Shown: positions 36,845 through 41,202 of the stretch, one piece after another | Position numbering within the stretch: the stretch's first letter is position 1 | Layout: each line of letters opens with the position of its first letter | DNA from: a virus | Taxonomy: Duplodnaviria > Heunggongvirae > Uroviricota > Caudoviricetes | Length of the DNA: 41,202 bases | Direction: 5' to 3' (one strand) | Virus record (IMG/VR): IMGVR_UViG_3300036768_001066 | Translations under genes and position numbers: made by a program | The notes under the pieces: model-generated | Seen by the model: the letters and a program-made list of their open reading frames with translations, nothing else | What the model was told of the DNA's origin: nothing | The model's database searches: none

Positions 36845-37552
36845 ATGAAAATAGAATCAAAATTTTGGCCGCTGTTCGTCCAGGCGACGTTCGGCGTTAA
36901 ACCCGAAACGCTCTTCTGGTATGTGATGGCCTGTATAACGGCCGTGATAATACTGCCAATATCGTGGATCGGCGTTCTCGTAAACTTCCTGACCATGAAA
37001 AGCCGGAGAGACGAAATGAGCAAGCCGTTCCCACTGCTGCTGTCCATATTCGCCATGCCGATAGCTTGCGCCACCGGTGTCTGCATCTGGGATGTGTTCT
37101 TTGCCGAACCATCATTTGCTGGTTGGTGGGACAAGCTGTTGTTCGCTTGGGCGCTCGGGTTTCCCGGACTGATAGCCGTTACGGTAGCTCTGTTTGTCGG
37201 AGCCATAGTTGCCGCAGCTATAGTGTACTCGGTGATACTGTTTAAAGAGTGGGCCGCCAAGCGCATACAATTCGGCACGAGGGTGACCTACACGGTTGAC
37301 GACCATTCGTACAACTTGAACTTATCGAGCGCCTCGTCCTTGGAAACATCGCCCTCGAGAGTGTCGCCAAGTATGGCCACCGTGCCATTGGTGACACCCA
37401 TGCCGAGGAACGCCTTTGCGAGCACCAGGTTGGACAGATGGCCAACGTGCAGGTGCTTGTTCATGTTCGGGCTGAACCCGTCCATGTACTGGAACTTCCC
37501 CGCCGGCTCGAACACCTCATCGATGTCCTTGTCGATGTACACATTCGTATAA
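36845..37552 (+). CDS. Polytopic membrane protein; beyond ~37310 the ORF runs through the antisense of the ArgRS remnant
   Basis: Four or more hydrophobic segments up to KEWAAKR, then a low-complexity tail that is the reverse complement of the ArgRS-like gene. Confidence 0.65.
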   Translation: MKIESKFWPLFVQATFGVKPETLFWYVMACITAVIILPISWIGVLVNFLTMKSRRDEMSKPFPLLLSIFAMPIACATGVCIWDVFFAEPSFAGWWDKLLFAWALGFPGLIAVTVALFVGAIVAAAIVYSVILFKEWAAKRIQFGTRVTYTVDDHSYNLNLSSASSLETSPSRVSPSMATVPLVTPMPRNAFASTRLDRWPTCRCLFMFGLNPSMYWNFPAGSNTSSMSLSMYTFV

Positions 37553-37693
37553 GGACCAACTTTTTCTACCTCGAAACCGTGCGCTGCAATCCATGTGGAC
37601 ACCTCAGCATCCGGTTCCCCGAATATGCACACTCCGAACTTGGAATTGACTTCCTTAGGGATCTGTTTTACTTTTTTTGATGTTCAGTTTCAT
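37288..37693 (-). pseudogene. argS: Arginyl-tRNA synthetase-like gene, frameshifted near the start and truncated after the HIGH region
   Basis: DGFSPNMNKHLHVGHLSNLVLA (class I HIGH motif in the ArgRS context SPN..K.LHVGH). ATG 37693 is out of frame by one extra A in an A7 run; the ORF ends ~45 aa after HVGH. Confidence 0.75.
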
Positions 37694-37707
37694 AACTTTA
37701 CTTTTTG

Positions 37708-37780
37708 TGATCCCGACTGGATTCGAACCAGTGACCCTTTGCTTAGAAGGCAAATGCTCTATCCGCTGAGCTACGGGACC
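37708..37780 (-). tRNA. tRNA-Arg(UCU)
   Basis: Acceptor GGTCCCG/CGGGATC; anticodon stem TTTGC/GCAAA with loop CTTCTAA; T-loop TTCGAAT; no encoded CCA. Confidence 0.95.
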
Positions 37781-37842
37781 GTATCTTAATTCATATTCTG
37801 CCCTATCGGTTCCGAAGCCGACGGGACTACTGAGGCATTTTG

Positions 37843-37916
37843 TACACGCGAAAGGATTCGAACCCCCAGCCTCCTGATCCGTAGTCAGGTGATCTATCCA
37901 GTTGATCTACGCGTGC
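37843..37916 (-). tRNA. tRNA-Arg(ACG)
   Basis: Acceptor GCACGCG/CGCGTGT; stem CCTGA/TCAGG with loop CTACGGA; D-loop CTGGATA; wobble-rich T-stem. Confidence 0.9.
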
Positions 37917-37982
37917 ATTCTCTAACGCCCGGGTGGTTTAATGTCCGGTAACAATGCAAGCCATCCCGCATATTGACTGGCT

Positions 37983-38035
37983 TGGTAGTCGCTTCCAGAC
38001 TCGAACTGGGGACCAACCAACTGAGCTAAGCGACT
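37983..38035 (-). ncRNA. 53-nt tRNA-like element lacking the anticodon arm
   Basis: AGTCGCT-TAGCTCAGTTGGTT-GGTC-CCCAG-TTCGAGT-CTGGA-AGCGACT-A-CCA: perfect acceptor stem, T-arm and CCA, but no 3' D-stem or anticodon arm. Confidence 0.8.
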
Positions 38036-38040
38036 ATTTG

Positions 38041-38114
38041 TTGGTGCGGTGGGAGTCGAACCCACGATTTCCTCCGTATCAGGGAGGTGCCTTAACCAGC
38101 TTGGTCACACACCA
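38041..38114 (-). tRNA. tRNA-Ile(GAU)
   Basis: Acceptor TGGTGTG/CGCACCA with A73; stem CCTCC/GGAGG with loop CTGATAC; T-arm GTGGG-TTCGACT-CCCAC. Confidence 0.9.
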
Positions 38115-38118
38115 GTGT

Positions 38119-38152
38119 AAAATAAAAAACCCGGACGATTAGGTCCGGGTTT
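38119..38152 (-). terminator. Intrinsic terminator immediately upstream of the tRNA cluster (candidate attenuator)
   Basis: AAACCCGGAC-CTAATC-GTCCGGGTTT plus TTTATTTT, ending 5 nt before tRNA-Ile. Confidence 0.85.
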
Positions 38153-38178
38153 CTTGTCCCAAAAGAAAAGCGATGTTA

Positions 38179-38259
38179 TCAGCTTACGATTGGACATAAT
38201 CCGGACAGGACGTCTGAGCGCCTTCTGCTAATTCGAACTATGTTAATCATTTGCTTCAT
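38179..38259 (-). promoter_or_regulatory. Candidate leader peptide MKQMINIVRISRRRSDVLSGLCPIVS* overlapping an antiterminator strand
   Basis: Ile codons ATT/ATA/ATT and Arg codons CGA/AGA/AGG/CGC are clustered. GATTATGTCC (38201-38192) is 9/10 complementary to GGACCTAATC in the terminator. Confidence 0.7.
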
Positions 38260-38266
38260 CGTACAT

Positions 38267-38274
38267 TATATATC
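38267..38274 (-). promoter_or_regulatory. GATATATA box upstream of the leader
   Basis: Exact motif 7 nt upstream of the leader ATG. Confidence 0.55.
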
Positions 38275-38319
38275 TGCGGCGCGTTTTGTTTCGGCTGCAA
38301 TTACTTTGTTTTTTCTTTA

Positions 38320-38568
38320 TTATGCTTTCGGGCGTGCCTCATTAACGATGATGGAACGACCACCAAACTCAGAACCGTTAAGAGCTGCGATAGCCTTTGT
38401 TGCGGCTTCATCGTCAGACATCTCTACGAACCCATATCCCTTGCTACGGTTGGTTTCGCGGTCCTTGATAATTTTGGCAGAGGTTACCTCACCATGCTTT
38501 TCGAAAGCGGCCTGAAGCTCGCTCTCAGTCAGCTTGAAAGGCAAGCTGCTTACGAAGATGTTTTTCAT
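38320..38568 (-). CDS. Single-RRM RNA-binding protein
   Basis: RNP2 IFVSSL and RNP1 KGYGFVEM; TATCTTTG box at 38598-38605 (minus). Confidence 0.95.
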   Translation of the reverse strand: MKNIFVSSLPFKLTESELQAAFEKHGEVTSAKIIKDRETNRSKGYGFVEMSDDEAATKAIAALNGSEFGGRSIIVNEARPKA

Positions 38569-38641
38569 TTTACTTACAGTTTTATTAGTTACAGATACAA
38601 AGATAACACAATTATTCTAACCGTACGCTACCGTCAGAAAA

Positions 38642-38890
38642 CTATTTTCCCTCCCGCAGCCTCTTGTTTTCCTTGTGCTCTCTTATGGGGTTTATCACCC
38701 AGGCGTACGCAATCATCACGAGTGTCAGCCCCGTTATGTATGCGAGGGCGGGCATCGCTGTCCAGAAAGCCCAGGATCCTTCCACGTTATTGTCTATGGC
38801 CATGAACACGGCGAACCACACGAACGATATTAAAAGCCACCCGAGCTTCGTGTGCGTCATCCAGTATAGCGCGTCCTTTATCTTATTCAT
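38642..38890 (-). CDS. Small membrane protein
   Basis: Two hydrophobic segments; basic C-terminus. Confidence 0.7.
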   Translation of the reverse strand: MNKIKDALYWMTHTKLGWLLISFVWFAVFMAIDNNVEGSWAFWTAMPALAYITGLTLVMIAYAWVINPIREHKENKRLREGK

Positions 38891-38963
38891 GTAATGATTA
38901 TTTTATGAGTAGCTCCTGTGCTTCCATCCGTGTTCTGCCGTGAGAGTGGTTCAGGATTCCCGG

Positions 38964-39764
38964 TTAGTTCATATTTTTATCTCCGGCTTTGCGCGCCTTG
39001 TACATCTCGTCCGTTATTATACGGATCATGTTATCCTGGCCGATGTCCTGCAGCGCGAGCTTTAGCTTGTCCAGGTGCGGCGGGAAGTCCTCAGGAGTAA
39101 TTATTTCGCCGGCAACGAGTGCACGGAAGTCATCCTCGGTCAATGAGATGTGAGTCTCGTCTGCCTTGTCATCCTTAAGCTCGGACTCATTTGTCCACTC
39201 AGGTAAGTCTGCCTTATTAAGAGGGAACGGCCTCTTGGGTATGTACTCCTGTATCCCGGCCCATACCGCACGCTTGATATCGTCGCTGATCTCTGTTATG
39301 CCATCGACCCACCATGCGGCTGATTGTCTCGTGGTGCCACCCATCTTGGTCGCAAACTTCTCTATAAAGTAGTCGATCTGCTCTTGGTCCTTCTTGGAAA
39401 AATCACCGAATACTGCCTTTTTATGTGAGTAATTCTCAAAGGTCATGAGGTTCTTCATCCCACTCTCGAACACACCCATCTTCTTGTCTGTATCAACATC
39501 CCTCTTAAGATTTGCCGCGAGCTCTGTGGCGTAGTGCTTCGGGTAGAACTCCTTCAGCACCTTGACCGCCTTCTCGAGGTCGTTGTTGTGTATGAGCAGG
39601 ACGCGCTTGCCGATGTATGAGCTGTTGCCCGCCATGGACCTTACGTTCCTTCTCTTGAGGGTGCTCGTCATTTCCTGAACCTCGGATCTGCCGCCGTTGT
39701 AGTTGCCTACGTACTCGCCGGACCTCTTGTAGTTCTCCCCTTGGAATGCTTTTCTTGTTGCCAT
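38964..39764 (-). CDS. Putative head-internal multi-module protein with an internal MKNLMTFENY motif
   Basis: Co-transcribed with 39767-40246; FES and NES sites between modules. Confidence 0.65.
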   Translation of the reverse strand: MATRKAFQGENYKRSGEYVGNYNGGRSEVQEMTSTLKRRNVRSMAGNSSYIGKRVLLIHNNDLEKAVKVLKEFYPKHYATELAANLKRDVDTDKKMGVFESGMKNLMTFENYSHKKAVFGDFSKKDQEQIDYFIEKFATKMGGTTRQSAAWWVDGITEISDDIKRAVWAGIQEYIPKRPFPLNKADLPEWTNESELKDDKADETHISLTEDDFRALVAGEIITPEDFPPHLDKLKLALQDIGQDNMIRIITDEMYKARKAGDKNMN

Positions 39765-39766
39765 GA

Positions 39767-40246
39767 TTACTCGGCCTCTTCGGCTTCTTTTTTAATTTGC
39801 TCCCAGGTCTTACCCGCGTGACTCATATACGCCCTCTTGAGCTTCTCGGTCTCTGCGTATTTATGCAGGTTGTAACCGTATGTTGTGTAGAGGTCGAGCA
39901 GGGTCCCTGTGTCGAGCCCAGTCATCTCCTCGTAGTACTGGAGATCCTCCTGCCCGTATGCGGTGATGTCCGCCTCGAGCAGGTCTATCAGTTTGTAGAA
40001 CTGGAGCGACGTCATCGTCTTGATGTCGAGCGTAGAGTTATCGTCGTTGAGCGGGTTGTCCGACTCGTTTTTCTTCGCGGGTACCTTGTATCCCTTGCGC
40101 CTTGCGTAGCTGTACGCTATGGCCGCCGCCTGCTTTGGGCCCTTACCCTCACCGCGGAGCTTCGCGATCTTTTTCGACACATAGTCCTGACCAGCGTCGG
40201 TTAGTTTCTCGTTGACCGAGAACTCTTCGAACCTGAATATTTTCAT
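39767..40246 (-). CDS. Putative head-internal protein (MKIFRFEEFSVNE)
   Basis: Capsid-targeting-like N-terminus; KQAAAIAYSYARRKG basic motif; follows a GATATATA box. Confidence 0.75.
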   Translation of the reverse strand: MKIFRFEEFSVNEKLTDAGQDYVSKKIAKLRGEGKGPKQAAAIAYSYARRKGYKVPAKKNESDNPLNDDNSTLDIKTMTSLQFYKLIDLLEADITAYGQEDLQYYEEMTGLDTGTLLDLYTTYGYNLHKYAETEKLKRAYMSHAGKTWEQIKKEAEEAE

Positions 40247-40262
40247 TTTTAAGGATTGATAT

Positions 40263-40344
40263 TTTTCTTATATATCCTGTCCGGATAGGAGAAAGTGCTT
40301 CCGGCGTTGACTTGAATTCCGGCGTTGTTTTCTTATATATCCTG
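40263..40344 (-). repeat. Duplicated promoter segment: two 17-nt copies of ttttcttatatatcctg (each with a minus-strand GATATATA) and two 11-nt copies of ttccggcgttg
   Basis: 40263-40279 and 40328-40344; 40299-40309 and 40317-40327. Confidence 0.85.
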
Positions 40345-40729
40345 GCCAAATTGAGGAAACGACCAAGTTTCGAGGAGTTTGTTTATTTCGGCCCGGCCTA
40401 CCGAATTGAGTGAATGCGACGTGCACCTCGGCCAGTTGTCCGGATGCGGTTCCTTCATTGTGAGCCTGCGGATGAGCTTCTTAAGGCAGTCCAAACCGGT
40501 GTCCTCCTTGTACGAATATAGCTCCCCGAAGAAGTATACCTTCTCCCAGTCTATGTCGTAATGTTCGTCGTCGTGGTCGTGGTCAAACGATATGACGTCG
40601 GGGATACCGTTCTGGTTCAGGTAATCTTCGAATTCGTGACCGTTTTTTTACGACTCCATTCTATGCCTTCGTAACCTACAACTTCATCCGGCTGTCTCTG
40701 GTCGTCCAAAAACAAATATCTCCTATCAT
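40333..40729 (-). pseudogene. Cyclic-phosphate-processing receiver (cREC-REC)-like gene with frameshifts
   Basis: RYLFLDDQRQP...EW, then in another frame EFEDYL...GIPDVISFDHD...EDTGLDCLKKL...HSLNSVGRAEI. Confidence 0.75.
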
Positions 40730-41034
40730 TCTTTTATGGATATGCGAAGCTCCTCGTGATTAAGCACCTTCTTGGTGAACACATACTCGAGAGCAGTATA
40801 CACGTTCATTTCATGCTTGCGCGGGCCGGATACCGGTTTCAATTCATCAATGGACGAACCGGTTTGTCGCTCGTAATATACATACAGACGCACCTCATCG
40901 GCAACGGTATCACACGCTTGGTGTATCCGATGCTCCGCATCCTGTCGTAGAAGTGGGGGTCGTCGAGGGGATCCTTCTCCCGGTCCTCACCGAGACCGTA
41001 GTAATGCAGGCTGCTCTATTTAGTTCTTGCTCAT
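40726..41034 (-). pseudogene. Small phage gene with an early stop and frameshifts (SLHYYGLGEDREKDPLDDPHFYDRMRSIGYTKRVIPL ... SIDELKPVSGPRKHEMNVYTALEYVF)
   Basis: ATG AGC AAG AAC TAA, then two protein-like segments in different frames; the stop overlaps the next ATG. Confidence 0.65.
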
Positions 41035-41200
41035 TTTTAAAATTGCTCCAATAGCTCCGGCCGTATGAAGTGAATATCTCGTCGCCGGATTTTATGTACC
41101 TGGTCGCCACGATGTGCACCCGGTAGTTGCCCCTCTTGCCGGAGTACCTGAATGTCGCGTTGTTCCTTGCGCCGGTTCTTGTTAGCCCCATGGCGTCGTT
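40910..41200 (-). CDS. SET-domain protein, C-terminal part (start outside the window)
   Basis: NDAMG...NNATF...IVATRYIKSGDEIFTSYGRSYW matches SET C-terminal motifs; the read-through tail after YW is probably not native. Confidence 0.8.
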   Translation of the reverse strand, partial: NDAMGLTRTGARNNATFRYSGKRGNYRVHIVATRYIKSGDEIFTSYGRSYWSNFKNEQELNRAACITTVSVRTGRRIPSTTPTSTTGCGASDTPSV

Positions 41201-41202
41201 GC

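Noticed and set aside
1522-37278. Long antisense ORFs over core genes (e.g. 4653-5765, 8468-9484, 12557-13297, 27375-27986, 36379-37278)
   Set aside because: Expected from the strong C/G third-position bias; no motifs, and each overlaps a clearly identified gene.
37795-37836. Second tRNA-like remnant (GCCTCAGTAG...GTCGGCTTCGGAACCGATAGGGC, minus)
   Set aside because: Only a partial acceptor pairing and a non-canonical T-loop; may be a processing hairpin.
1-41202. Alternative genetic code (TAG or TAA recoding) or an amber suppressor
   Set aside because: Long genes are uninterrupted in code 11 and mostly end in TAA. The tRNA at 37708-37780 has a 5-bp stem that centres TCT, not CTA.

Overview
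This is a 41 kb segment of a large T4-like (jumbo-type) dsDNA phage, read in the standard code. Its host is probably a member of Bacteroidota. The evidence is TAnnTTTG promoter boxes, A-rich Shine-Dalgarno-less starts, a Bacteroidota-type RRM protein and FMN-binding glutamate synthase family gene, and a type VI-B-like CRISPR repeat. From left to right the window holds: the end of a 36-nt-repeat CRISPR-like mini-array; a replication block (two-subunit type II topoisomerase, gp45-like clamp, RNase HII, metallophosphoesterase, only the C-terminal half of a family B DNA polymerase, UvsX); putative head-internal proteins with T4 capsid-targeting-like N-termini; a ~10 kb tail-fibre-like cluster with long Ser-Gly-X repeats; and an accessory region (AAA/ABC ATPases, exonuclease, nucleotidyltransferase, nuclease, glutamate synthase family, tRNAs). 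The strongest candidate for an undescribed system is at 37288-38274 on the minus strand. There a GATATATA promoter-like box and an Ile/Arg-rich leader peptide with an antiterminator/terminator pair sit directly upstream of tRNA-Ile, an anticodon-less tRNA-like element, two tRNA-Arg genes and an ArgRS-like gene. This looks like a ribosome-mediated attenuator that senses shortage of the tRNAs it controls. Many small accessory genes carry frameshifts or deletions (PTH2, Adk, ArgRS, cREC-REC-like and others) while all long genes are intact; this may be real decay or an assembly artefact. All calls were made by eye; no database searches or folding programs were run.
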